A DNA stretch of 64,000 nt from Haliotis cracherodii (GCF_022045235.1 NW_027266330.1:1860001-1924000); one strand, 5' to 3'. Shown: positions 23,759-38,270, counted from the first letter of the stretch. The notes: generated from the letters alone by a model not told the origin. Numbers and translations are program-made.

Positions 23759-24744
23759 TGGACACTGACCTCATCGTTGCGTGCAGGGAGGGGAAACTAA
23801 AGGCAGTCAGAGACATTCTGTATAAGAGCCCGGAGGACATCAACAAGAAAGGCTGTGGCGGGATGACACCAGTGATGTGGGCAGCAAGGAGGGGACACAG
23901 AGAAGTGCTGGACTTGCTTGTGAGAAAAGAAGCTGATCTGAAACTTGTGGATGATGCCAGTAACAATATCCTTCACCGGGCCTGTTATGGAGGGCATGTG
24001 GCAATGGTGAAACATGTTGTCTCAAAGAACATGGTGGACATCAACAGTAAGGGACGGGATGGGAGAACCCCATTGATGTGGGCAGCTCGGGAGGGGAAAA
24101 GGCAAATCTTTGACTTACTTGTGAGTAAAGGGGGCCTTCCATCAGAGGTTGACAAGGATGGAAACAACATCCTGATACTGGCCTGTTGGGGTGGAAATGA
24201 GGAGATTGTGAAGTATATCATCTCACATGACGATGTAGACATCGATGGAAGAGGACAGTCTGGCAGGACTCCATTGATGGCAGCAGCATACAAGGGACAT
24301 GGAAAGGTCTTTGACCTGCTGGTTGATAAAGAAGCTGATCTGACACTAGTTGATGATGCTGGTGACAACGTCCTCCATGTGGCCTGTCTTGGAGGACATG
24401 TGGATATTGTTAGCCGTGTCCTCAAGCTGGGCAAGGTGGACATAAACAAACAAGGTCAATGTAGCAGGACACCACTGATGGTGGCAGCAAGGCTTGGAAA
24501 TAATGAAATATTTGATTTACTGGTGACTGAAAGAGCTGATGCATTAACAGAGGATGATGACAGAAACACCATCCTTCATCTGGCCTGTGAGGGAGGGCAT
24601 ATTGACATAGTGAAGTATGTACTCTCGCTGGATACTGTGAATATCAACGCCAGGAACAAACAAAATGAAACAGCAACCATGCTGGCAAGAAAAGGAGGCG
24701 ACGTGTGCAACCTTCTTGTGTTGCATGGTGGTCTCAGTAGATGA
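23759..24744 (+). CDS. Gene B terminal exon: ~10 ankyrin repeats (intracellular domain)
   Basis: Acceptor tgttacag|, phase 1 (the ORF-track 'start' is the split GTG codon). Repeated GxTPLMxAA...G / NILHxAC.GGH..IV motifs. Stop TGA at 24742-24744. Confidence 0.93.
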
Positions 24745-27267
24745 AAGGAGAAGGACAGCTGAGAGTATCCTTTTTTGAATTGTTGAAACTGTTAAACATA
24801 CCAGCTACATCGGACGAGAGCTTGATAATGGTCCACTGGTCAATTGGAATGTTGTTTTGATGTTCCATACTTCAACCACATGTTGATGGCGGAGGTCAAA
24901 CGAAAAACACTTGAAACATTCTTATGAAACATACAGTTCTTAATAGATTATTCTTCACCCAATAACAATAATAGCCCCCAAGGTATGCCTTGTGCTACCA
25001 GCCCAGAACGTTAGCTAAGAAAACAAGCATGGAGTCCATGATAGTCATATATTCTTCAAAGGCATTCGAATGAAAGTAGCCTCAGCAAAATTTAAGGGAA
25101 AAGTACATCCTCGGTGTCATAGTTGTGGGCATATTATCATATTTCTCATCAGGGGGAAAAAACCCATTATACTGCCTGTCGAAGACTTAACTTTAATCAT
25201 TTCTCATAAATCATCTGTTCCTCTATGCATGCATTTTGAGTGTGTTGGCTTCACAGCAGGGACTGGACTCTGTTGTCTTTGTTATTGGGGTCTGTAGCTC
25301 TCTCTGAATGAACTGAAATAGTACAGAATGAGACAGATCAAGAAAAACAAACACTGAAGAGTGGGAAAAAACGTTTAGAGAAATCCTTTGTGCACAGACG
25401 TGGAGAGTCATTCGGGGATTTCAGATGCAAATTTTATTTTATTAGAAATGCTACCAACAAGAATGCCGGCCAGCTAGAACACAAAAGCCCAGGTACTGGA
25501 GCACAGCCTACAGCATGCCTGGTGTAATTCCAACAGTCTGGCAATGCCTTTGTGTACTTGGCCCAGACATCCAGATTGTGACACATGCCATACAACATTG
25601 TCATGCTCTCAGTGGGCACATGTCTTTGACATAAGGGTAATTTCACACTAGAGGGCCAAATGAACTACAAAACAAAAGCGGAAACTATTATTCCCATTAC
25701 AGTACTACTTTCCTACACATTCAATATATTTATGTGTCATTTCCATCACGATACTTTGCAGTGATAATGCCTCTGACAGTATTGAAGATCACATATGAAC
25801 TTGGGGATCATTTGACACCATAGCTTGTAGACCAATGTATAAATATGTTTTTAGAAAATACAACAACGTAGTCTGGCATTTGGTAATGACAGATTAAGAT
25901 TAAGTATTCCCATGCAGTTGAAGCTTGCTGTTCATGCATCTAGCTTTAATGTGTAAAGTTTTAAGCTGCTTGTTTCATTGTAGATGTTCCTATGTTGATC
26001 TTGCACAACGTAACAGAATTGTCATTAAATGCATTTAGTTTGTACCAGAACAAGCTGCCAAGTGGACTGAACACAGTCACGTGCATGTTGCTTTGGAAAG
26101 TCAGATTGACAGTGATAGTGATTGTGAACAATATGAGGCAAAAGTCTCCAGTTAGACACATCAGCGCCAATGGTATTAAAGGAAAATGAATAGTGTGGAA
26201 GAGTTGTCTCCCTGATACCACACAGACGTCCAGGCAATAAAAAAAAAAGAAACAATCAAAGCTAGGAATGTTTAAACACCCATTATTTATGAGATATTAT
26301 TTTACATATAACAAGGATTTTTATACCATATATTTTACCATTCGGATTTGGGTTCATAAAAACCCTTGGACATGTTTTATCCGACTTATAAAAAGACCAA
26401 TGAATCTGAAACAACATTTATCAACAATTGTATGTATCAAGTCATACTTTACGTGAACCTTTGGAAACGAGCGTAAAGCATCTCTTCCTGGCGTCCTGGC
26501 GTACTTGCAACAGAGATTCGTAAAACCATTGTTTATTATCAGCACCTCTGTAGCCTGGTACGTGAACCACTAAACTACAGCTAAACGAACCTCTGAAATA
26601 TACATTACCTCTGTCATTTGATGTTACATCATTCCGCACATTTCCTTGCCTATGTTGTGTTCAAATGCAAAATACATCTCTAGCGAGGGACATTCACGTA
26701 TCACAATATAATCGGAAGATGTAAATATAAAATCCCTTGGATATTCTGTGAAACCATAGATATATTATATAAAATACTGGGGATACTTCTTAAGGTTGTA
26801 GTAAAAATATGGCCTCAAAACTCAAACCCCGTGAGTCAACATGGCCCACAATCAAATGGGCTTTAAAAAGTCATAACGGCCAGAGGTAAAAATGTTAGAA
26901 TGGCCACCATAATGATCAATGAACGTCCACTGTGAGTGGGCTGTGATGTTCTTGCCCCTTGTCCTTTGCAATTATGCCCAGCCGCCTAAAGACAGACACG
27001 TAGTCTGTCTCCATGAACCACCTTTGTCTATTACCCCATCCACCATCAGTCAAGTCCGTTAATATGTGCTTTGAGGCAGCAACACGGCGCTCCTGTGAGA
27101 CTGAGCTTCCAGGAGTTTGTTGTCTTTTTAATGTTTGTGGCCGTTGGGACTCTTTCTGTGACCGTTTCGACCTTAACTGTTGAGGCCGTTTTGACCTGCT
27201 TTTCAATCACCGTTTATGAGATTTACCCCATTTGGAGAACAAAAGGATGATTAAAATGTCATTTAGG

Positions 27268-27548
27268 GAGTGAGTGAGTGAGTTTGGTTTAACGCCGCTT
27301 TTAACAGTATTCCAGTTATATCACGGCGTGTCAGCTTAATGTGGGAGGAAACCGAAGTGATGCAGGTCTCAGACGTTTACTACTTCGGTGAAACCCACGA
27401 ACACGGGTATGGTGCTGACAAACCTAGAAACATAATTGGGGCGAACCAGGATTCGAACCCACAATCATAGGTTTCTGGCGTGCCCAAGGGACGCAACTCT
27501 GCACAGCGAATCGCGGCGCCTTATACGACTGGGCCACCCATGCCCCCC
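27268..27548 (-). mobile_element. tRNA-derived SINE, family 1 (most complete copy)
   Basis: Minus-strand head GGGGGGCATGGGTGGCCCAGTCGTATAAGGCG, B-box GGTTCGAATCC, and (CTCA)n tail. Confidence 0.85.
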
Positions 27549-28599
27549 ATAATGTATGTGATGGGTGACACGGATTTCAAGGAATATCTATTGATTGGTA
27601 CTAGATATATATCCTTTTCTCTGAGTATTTTGCTGTTTCACTTTGACGATCTGTGATAAAACATATAGCTCCAGTACATTCCCTATTACTTTATATATTT
27701 CTAAGCATGATTTCATCATTTGTGGTACTTATAGAACGAGATGATTGTTTAATGCGGATATGTGTCAGACGACGTAGGTTCCTCGCCAACAAACCATTAT
27801 GAACACATTCGCTTGATATAGTAATGCTTTACAGAGTTCCATAATTTCTTCTTTTAGGGTTTGTACACCCATCGACTGTGTTTCAGAAGAAATTAATTTT
27901 TATCCAGGTTACTTTTTTAATCGAATTTGTAACATTATGAATAACGTTAAAGTTAATTGTGTATATTATTATGCCATTCAGATACATGTATTACCTGGTA
28001 TTTTTGTATTGAAACATTTGTCTCACAAATCCTCACCTTACGCAAGTACTTTCTGGGCAATAGCATCAGTTGTCCAACCTACTGAGGTCCTCTGTAACTT
28101 CTGGTTGTTATTGACGACCATGGCTTACAGAACATGTGATGCCTTCACAGATGCATTTTCTGATACATACATGTATGACATTTTATTCATTTGCTCAAAT
28201 TGACTGCATGTTTTCAACAAATGATTCAATACATATTTGCATGATTTTGTATTGTCGAACATATGTCTTTACTGCTTTAGCATGAATAAAACAATTACAG
28301 ATATATTTTTCGTCTTCATTTCAATCTATTGCCCATTGGGAACGGTGCAGCAATGAATCATAGGCAAAAGGTCAAATCATCAAACACATTTGTCATTGAT
28401 CAAAATAATAGGAAGGGGTGAGTTTGACTTTTGGATAATGTAAATGGGACTAGTGCTGCAAACAATTTTATGTCAGAAATTGAGTGAAATGTATAAATGT
28501 GTAAAAGAAATCAGCAAACTGACACCAGATGATTGATAACAGAATGGGGGATGTTGTTCTAATGTGAACCATAGATGGCCAAACAGAGCTAGCTTTACA

Positions 28600-29300
28600 G
28601 GCTAGTTCTGGTACTGGTCCTGTCGAAGGCATCGATCCCTATAAACCTAGACATGTTCTGTCGGGGAGTCGGCCATGGCAGTACAGCCAGGTTATTCTGC
28701 CTCAATAAGATGCAACAAGTGCAACATGTGGGTGGACATTATCTTGCTACCACGTTACGTTACGTCCCTGCATTTGCACTAAGGGTAGAATATGATCTTG
28801 AAAGATGTCCTCCCAGTTGCCATTAACAATGATGAGTTGTATTCTCCCATGAGTTGTGATGCTACCCCATATCATTTCAATTCACCCATAAACTGACGAC
28901 TCAAGCGTCGCTAAAACGTTCCCTGTTCTGGACACCTGTAGACCCTTGCAGATGAAACCTGAAATCATCTGTGAACAGCATACTGTCTCAGTCTTGTCTT
29001 CTGAACCTCAAATGCTGTCCGGACCAAGCTAGGCATACCTGACTGTGACATGGAAGTACGCTTGTTCTCCCTCAAACGGCTGTGTACGGTTCTGCCTCTA
29101 ATAGGTCTCAACCCAGGAATTGTCCGAGTTGTCAATGTGGCAGTTTGGTATCGATGCCGTAGATGCACCAACATAATATGGTTGTCACACGTACACGAGC
29201 GTCCTGTTGCAAGTCACGAGTGTTGACCTGCTGTATATAATGTCTCCAAAGGCATGGTATTGTGTTTCGATGAACATTAAAATGTCTGACGTTGATTTTC
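28600..29300 (-). mobile_element. Decayed Tc1-like transposase remnant
   Basis: The minus strand gives HLRHRYQTATLTTRTIPGLRPIRGRTVHSRLRE (HTH region, similar to the copy at 49 kb), LFTDDFRF (first catalytic D) and QDNVHPH (second D), with frameshifts. Confidence 0.7.
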
Positions 29301-30317
29301 CTTCAGCCGTGGCGTTGCTTGCGGTTTAACTAAAGCGTTTTTATGGGCACCTATCTTTTAATATTTACATGAAATAACAAATGGTAGCTTCACTCTATCG
29401 CTGAGAAAATGGCTAATGTCAAAGGCACCCATGGACCCTGACACTACAAATAACTAGACCTACTTGGATTCCTTCTTCAGCGATTCTACTTATCCCCTGT
29501 CAAACGGTGATAACGGTGAGCTTGCCGAGACAACACAAACGTGTCTAGTTTTCTGAATTGCCTAAATAAGCGGAATCTACGAAGATCTTAGCGAATGGGA
29601 GCTGAATTTGAGAAATGGAATTTGGAAATGAAGTTATGTGATGTTTCAAGACATATTGAAGACTATAAGTGCGAAACCTCATAACTTCATCATTATTTTG
29701 TTTTGATGTAGTTTTTCATAACCTGAAATGGTCAGGTGACTTCCGATCATAGCAGAAATACAGTACCTTGTAATATCAGACCGCTGAAGATATAAATCCA
29801 GTTTGTTCACCTATAAGTCGCTCATATGTGCCGGAGTCTTAAAGGGGGGGTCGGAGTTGTCCCCCTTGGAGAGTGATATATTAAAAACTTGCGAAACTTG
29901 TGAAACCCGATAAAGTCGACTGGCTGTCTGTGTTAGGGCTTGCTGCAACTGAAATAAATTATACACACTTTAATTGCCCATTCAAACACAACCTTTCTAG
30001 AAAAGAGGGGCAGGAATCCCATTCAGCTGAAGTCTCGGAGTGACACGAGTTGGTCATGAATGAGTCGCTTCCATCTCTTTGTAAAGGTGTAACCCGCACC
30101 AAGCATGTGTTGTAAATGAGCTGACAACTGTCAAGGTAGTGAACAGGACCCTGACGGAGAAGTCTCTGCTACACCGTGCAGGGACTCGATAGTTTATTCA
30201 CACATTTTGACCGTGTTACTATGTAACTGACGACAGTGCACAATTCGGTTCCAGTCTGGGGGGTACATGAAACTGACAGGGTAGTCTCCCTTTGAACCGT
30301 GCACGATCAGCAATAGT

Positions 30318-30318
<1 letters not shown>

Positions 30319-30365
<47 letters not shown>
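30319..30365. repeat. (CA)n microsatellite abutting the 89-bp satellite
   Basis: Direct observation. Confidence 0.95.
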
Positions 30366-30367
<2 letters not shown>

Positions 30368-33300
30368 ACTGTAGATGTAATATTGTCATATCCCACATTC
30401 ATACACTAACTAATCAGCGTGACATGCTCCATGGTTCTTGATCTACATGTCAACGTACTGTAGATGTAATATTGTCATATCCTACATTCATACACTCTGT
30501 AATCAGCGTTACATGCTCCATTGTTGTTGATCTACATGTCAACGGAATGTAAATGTAATATTGTCATATCCCACATTCATACACTATGTAATCAGCGTTA
30601 CATGTTCCAATGTTGTTGATCTACATGTCAACGGAATGTAGATGTAATATTGTCATATCCTACATTCATACACTATGTAATCAGCGTTACATGCTCCATT
30701 GTTGTTGATCTACATGTCAACGGAATGTAGATGTAATATTGTCATATCCTACATTCATACACTATGTAATCAGCGTTACATGTTCCAATGTTGTTGATCT
30801 ACATGTCAACGGAATGTAGATGTAATATTGTCATATCCTACACTCATACACTATGTAATCAGCGTTACATGCTCCAATGTTGTTGATCTACATGTCAACG
30901 GAATGTAGATGTAATATTGTCATATCCTACATTCATACACTATGTAATCAGCGGTACATGCTCCATGGTTCTTAATCTACATGTCAACGGAATGTAGATG
31001 TAATATTGTCATATCCTACATTCATACACTATGTAATCAGCGTTACATGCTCCATTGTTGTTGATCTACATGTCAACGGAATGTAGATGTAATATTGTAA
31101 AATCCTACATTCATGAACTATGTAATCTGCTTTACATGCTCCAATGTTGTTGATCTACATGTCAACATACTGTAGATGTAATATTGTCATATACTACATT
31201 CACACACTATGTAATCATCGTTATATGCTCCATTGTTGTTGATCTACATGTCAACGTACTGTAGATGTAATATTGTCATATGCTACATTCATACACTATG
31301 TAAACAGCGTTACATACTCCGATGTTGCTGATCTACATGTCAACGGAATGTAGATGTAATATTGTCATATCCCACATTCATACACTATGTAATCAGCGTT
31401 ACATGTTCCAATGTTGTTGATCTACATGTCAACGGAATGTAGATGTAATATTGTCATATCCTACACTCATACACTATGTAATCAGCGTTACATGCTCCAA
31501 TGTTGTTGATCTACATGTCAACGGAATGTAGATGTAATATTGTCATATCCCACATTCATACACTATGTAATCAGCGTTAAATGCTCCAATGTTGTTGATC
31601 TACATGTCAACGGAATGTAGATGTAATATTGTCATATCCCACATTCATACACTATGTAATCAGCGTTAAATGCTCCATTGTTGTTGATCTACATGTCAAC
31701 GGAATGTAGATGTAATATTGTCATATCCTACATTCATACACTATGTAATCAGCGTTACATGTTCCAATGTTGTTGATCTACATGTCAACGGAATGTAGAT
31801 GTAATATTGTCATATCCAACATTCATACACTAACTAATCAGCGTTACATGCTCCATTGTTGTTGATCTACATGTCAACGGAATGTAGATGTAATATTGTC
31901 ATATCCAACATTCATACACTAACTAATCAGCGTTACATGCTCCAATGTTGTTGATCTACATGTCAACGGAATGTAGATGTAATATAGTAATATCCCACAT
32001 TCATACACTATGTAATAAGCGTTACATGCTCCATTGTTCTTGATCTACATGTCAACGTACTGTAGATGTAAATTGTCATATCCTATATTCATACACTATG
32101 TAATCAGCGTTACATGCTCCAATGTTGTTGATCTACATGTCAAAGTACTGTAGATGTAATATTGTCATATCCTACATTCATGCACTATGTAATCAGCTTT
32201 ACATGCTCCAATGTTGTTGATCTATATGTCAACGTATTGTAGATTTAACATTGTCACATCCCACATTCATACACTATGTTATCAGCGTTACATGCTCCAA
32301 TGTTGTTGATCTACATGTCAACGGAAGGTAGATGTGATATTGTCATATCCTACATTCATACACTATGTAATCAGCGTTACATGCTCCAAAGTTGTTGATC
32401 TACATGTCAACGCAATGTAGATGTAATATTGTCATATCCTACATTCATACACTATGTAATCAGCGTTACATGCTCCATTGTTGTTGATCTACATGTCAAC
32501 GGAATGTATATGTAATATTGTCATATCCCACATTCATACACTATGTAATCAGCGGTACATGCTCCATGGTTCTTGATCTACATGTCAACGTACTGTAGAT
32601 GTAATATTGTCATATCCTACATTCATACACTATGTAATCAGCGTTACATGCTCCATTGTTGTTGATCTACATGTCAACGGAATGTAGATGTAATATTGTC
32701 AAATCCTACATTCATGAACTATGTAATCTGCTTTACATGCTCCAATGTTGTTGATCTACATGTCAACATACTGTAGATGTAATATTGTCATATCCTACAT
32801 TCACACACTATGTAATCAGCGTTACATGCTCCATTGTTGTTGATCTACATGTCAACGTACTGTAGATGTAATATTGTCATATCCTACATTCATACACTAT
32901 GTAAACAGCGTTACATACTCCGATGTTGCTGATCTACATGTCAACGGAATGTAGATGTAATATTGTCATATCCCACATTCATACACTATGTAATCGGCGT
33001 TACATGCTCCAATGTCGTTGATCTACATGTCAAAGTACTGTTCATGTCATATTGTCATATCCTACATTCATACACTATGTAATCAGCGTTACATGCTCCA
33101 ATGTTGTTGATCTACATGTCAACGGAATGTAGATGTAATATTGTCATATCCAACATTCATACACTAACTAATCAGCGTTACATGCTCCAATGTTGTTGAT
33201 CTACATGTCAACGGAATGTAGATGTAATATAGTAATATCCTACATTCATACACTGTGTAATAAGCGTTACATGCTCCATTGTTCTTGATCTACATGTCAA

Positions 33301-36300
33301 CGTACTGTAGATGTAATATTGTCATATCCTATATTCATACACTATGTAATCAGCGTTACATGCTCCAATGTTGTTGATCTACATGTCAACGTATTGTAGA
33401 TGTAACATTGTCACATCCTACATTCATACACTATGTTATCAGCGTTACATGCTCCAATGTTGTTGATCTACATGTCAACGGAATGTAGATGTGATATTGT
33501 CATATCCTACGTTCATACACTATGTAATCAGCGGTACATGCTCCAAAGTTGTTGATCTACATGTCAACGTACTGTAGATGGTATATTGTCATATCCTACA
33601 TTCATACACTATGTAATCAGCGTTACATGCTCCAATGTTGTTGATCTAAATGTCAACGGAATGTAGATGTAATATTGTCATATCCTACATTCATATACTA
33701 TGTAATCAACGTTACATGCTCCAATGTTGTTGATCTACATGTCAACGGAATGTAGATGTATTATTGTAAAATCCTACATTCATACACTATGCAATCAGCG
33801 TTACATGCTCCAATGTTCTTGACCTACATTTCAAAGGAATGTAGATGTAATATTGTCATATCCCACATTCATACACTATGTAATCAGCGTTACATGCTCC
33901 AATGTTATTGATCTACATATCAACGGAATGTAGATGTAATATTGTCATATCCCTCATTCATACACTATGTAATCAGCGGTACATTCTCCGATGTTGTTGA
34001 TCTACATGTCAACGGAATGTAGATGTGATATTGTCATATCCTACATTCATATACTATGTAATCAACGTTACATGCTCCAATGTTGTTGATCTACATGTCA
34101 ACGGAATGTAGATGTATTATTGTAAAATCCTACATTCATACACTATGCAATCAGCGTTACATGCTCCAATGTTCTTGACCTACATTTCAAAGGAATGTAG
34201 ATGTAATATTGTCATATCCCACATTCATACACTATGTAATCAGCGTTACATGCTCCAATGTTATTGATCTACATATCAACGGAATGTAGATGTAATATTG
34301 TCATATCCAACATTCATACACTATGTAATCAGCGGTACATTCTCCGATGTTGTTGATCTACATGTCAACGGAATGTAGATGTAATATTGTCATATCCCAC
34401 ATTCATACACTATGTAATAAGCGTTACATGCTCCATTGTTCTTGATCTACATGTCAACGTACTGTAGATGTAATATTGTCATATCCTATATTCATACACT
34501 ATGTAATCAGCTTTACATGCTCCAATGTTGTTGATCTACATGTCAACGTACTGTAGATAGAATATTGTCATATCCTACATTCATACACTGTGTAATCAGC
34601 GTTACATGCTCCAATGTTGTTGATCTACATGTCACCGGAATGTAGATGTAATTTTGTCATATCCCACATTCATACACTATGTAATCAGCGTTACATGCTC
34701 CAATGTTGTTGATCTACATGTCAACGTACTGTAGATGTAATATTGTCATATCCTACATTCATACACTATGTAATCAGCGTCACATGCTCCAATGTTGTTG
34801 ATCTACATGTCAACGTACTGTAGATGTAATATTGTCATATCCCACATTCATATACTATGTAATCAACGTTACATGCTCCAATGTTGTTGATCTACATGTC
34901 AACGGAATGTAGATGTATTATTGTAAAATCCTACATTCATACACTATATAATTAGCTTTACATGCTCCAATGTTGTTGATCTACATGTCAACGTACTGTA
35001 GATGTAATATTGTCATATCCTACATTCATACACTATGTAATCAGCGTTACATGCTCCAATGTTGTTGATCTAAATGTCAACGGAATGTAGATGTATTATT
35101 GTAAAATCCTACATTCATACACTATGCAATCAGCGTTACATGCTCCAATGTTCTTGACCTACATTTCAAAGGAATGTAGATGTAATATTGTCATATCCCA
35201 CATTCATACACTATGTAATCAGCGTTACATGCTCCAATGTTATTGATCTACATATCAACGGAATGTAGATGTAATATTGTCATATCCCACATTCATACAC
35301 TATGTAATCAGCGGTACATTCTCCGATGTTGTTGATCTACATGTCAACGGAATGTAGATGTGATATTGTCATATCCTACATTCATATACTATGTAATCAA
35401 CGTTACATGCTCCAATGTTGTTGATCTACATGTCAACGGAATGTAGATGTATTATTGTAAAATCCTACATTCATACACTATGCAATCAGCGTTACATGCT
35501 CCAATGTTCTTGACCTACATTTCAAAGGAATGTAGATGTAATATTGTCATATCCCACATTCATACACTATGTAATCAGCGTTACATGCTCCAATGTTATT
35601 GATCTACATATCAACGGAATGTAGATGTAATATTGTCATATCCAACATTCATACACTATGTAATCAGCGGTACATTCTCCGATGTTGTTGATCTACATGT
35701 CAACGGAATGTAGATGTAATATTGTCATATCCCACATTCATACACTATGTAATAAGCGTTACATGCTCCATTGTTCTTGATCTACATGTCAACGTACTGT
35801 AGATGTAATATTGTCATATCCTATATTCATACACTATGTAATCAGCTTTACATGCTCCAATGTTGTTGATCTACATGTCAACGTACTGTAGATGTAATAT
35901 TGTCATGTCCTACATTCATACACTATGTAATTAGCTTTACATGCTCCAATGTTGTTGATCTACATGTCAACGTACTGTAGATAGAATATTGTCATATCCT
36001 ACATTCATACACTGTGTAATCAGCGTTACATGCTCCAATGTTGTTGATCTACATGTCACCGGAATGTAGATGTAATTTTGTCATATCCCACATTCATACA
36101 CTATGTAATCAGCGTTACATGCTCCAATGTTGTTGATCTACATGTCAACGTACTGTAGATGTAATATTGTCATATCCTACATTCATACACTATGTAATCA
36201 GCGTCACATGCTCCAATGTTGTTGATCTACATGTCAACGTACTGTAGATGTAATATTGTCATATCCCACATTCATATACTATGTAATCAACGTTACATGC

Positions 36301-37462
36301 TCCAATGTTGTTGATCTACATGTCAACGGAATGTAGATGTATTATTGTAAAATCCTACATTCATACACTATATAATTAGCTTTACATGCTCCAATGTTGT
36401 TGATCTACATGTCAACGTACTGTAGATGTAATATTGTCATATCCTACATTCATACACTATGTAATCAGCGTTACATGCTCCAATGTTGTTGATCTAAATG
36501 TCAACGGAATGTAGATGTAATATTGTCATATCCTACATTCATATACTATGTAATCAGCGTTACATGCTCCAATGTTATTGATCTACATGTCAACGGAATG
36601 TAGATGTAATATTGTCATATCCCACATTCATACACTATGTAATCAGCGGTACATTCTCCGATGTTGTTGATCTACATGTCAACGGAATGTAGATGTAATA
36701 TTGTCATATCCCACATTCATACACTATGTAATAAGCGTTACATGCTCCATTGTTCTTGATCTACATGTCAACGTACTGTAGATGTAATATTGTCATATCC
36801 TATATTCATACACTATGTAATCAGCTTTACATGCTCCAATGTTGTTGATCTACATGTCAACGTACTGTAGATGTAATATTGTCATATCCCACATTCATAT
36901 ACTATGTAATTAGCTTTACATGCTCCAATGTTGTTGATCTACATGTCAACGTACTGTAGATAGAATATTGTCATATCCTATATTCATACACTATGTAATC
37001 AGCGTTACATGCTCCAATGTTGTTGATCTACATGTCACCGGAATGTAGATGTAATTTTGTCATATCCCACATGCATACACTATGTAATCAGCGTTACATG
37101 CTCCAATGTTGTTGATCTACATGTCAACGGAATGTAGATGTAATATTGTAAAATCCTACATTCATGAACTATGTAATAAGCGTTACATGCTCCATTGTTC
37201 TTGATCTACATGTCAACGTACTGTAGATGTAATATTGTCATATCCCACATTCATACACTATGTAATCAGCGTTACATGTTCCAATGTTTTTGATCTACAT
37301 ATCAACGTGCTGTAGATGGAATATTGTCATATCCTACATTCATACACTATGTAATCAGCGTTACATGCTCCAATGTTGTTGATCTACATGTCAACGTACT
37401 GTAGATGTAATATTGTCATATCCCACATTCATGTAAAATCAGCGTTACATGCTCCAATGTTG
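30366..37462. repeat. 89-bp satellite array (~80 copies, 7.1 kb)
   Basis: Unit starts at 30366, 30455, 30544 and onward. Core TGTAGATGTAATATTGTCATATCC...GATCTACATGTCAAC. Confidence 0.97.
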
Positions 37463-38270
37463 TGGACGTCCTCGTACGTTCAAAGGGAAATACGCAAACT
37501 TGCAACCCCTTCATTATACACAACAGGTACATGTGGTCCAGGCAAGTTAACGACACACTAACACTATGTGTCTGGGCTGTGTGGCGTACCTGGACCTGAT
37601 GGAGTAGTCTCCCTTGTACCGCTCACAGTTTATACACATACTACTTGAACAGTGTTGATATGACTGTCGATCACTGGTGTATCCCACACCCGGCATGTGT
37701 GTTGTCAGCTCAATATTAGAGGTATAGTGTATCTGAACCTGACGGAGTAGTCTCGCGTGTGCTGTTCACAGCCAGTAATTGTCTATACACTGTGTCAGTG
37801 TTGCTATGAATGTACCAGCGGCGACTTCTACCACACACAGTTTGTTTTTTTACTCCACTGTATGCGTATATGAATGAATGGATGCAAATAATTTGACAAA
37901 ACCATTCCAATTATCGTAAGAAATCTCTGCTGAAAGAGTCAACTGTACTATTTCGACTATATCATGAGCATGTGTTTATGAATCACTTTCAAAAAGTGAT
38001 GATACCAGGTGTTTTCCCGAAAAGGGGAGCGTATCCTGCAACACCGATTGCACCCATCACAAACGCATGCAAAGGCAAGTCAATTGTTCACCGGAAAACA
38101 CCGTAACATAAGGTGGTGTCAAATGGTTTTCTCATATACATGAATGCTGCTACACTTGCGTAAACTATTGGTGCCATTACACATAAATAATTATTCCCAC
38201 TTGTCCAGGTGGTTTTCATTTGCAACTGAAAGTTCCTCTATCAATTGAAGTTTACATAAGGTAAGGGTTG

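Noticed and set aside
17322-24744. Calling gene B Notch, or naming it after a vertebrate ankyrin gene
   Set aside because: There is no LNR/HD, RAM WxP or PEST region, only ~2 non-Notch-type EGF modules, and ~10 rather than 7 ankyrin repeats. Orthology cannot be supported.
24950-26640. Possible minus-strand coding remnants downstream of gene B
   Set aside because: Only short ORFs, with no motif I can recognise and no consistent splice pattern.
30366-37462. CRISPR-like or RNA-gene array interpretation of the long repeat arrays
   Set aside because: Monomers are contiguous with no unique spacers, the context is eukaryotic, there are no cas genes, and no Pol III boxes or cloverleaf are seen.
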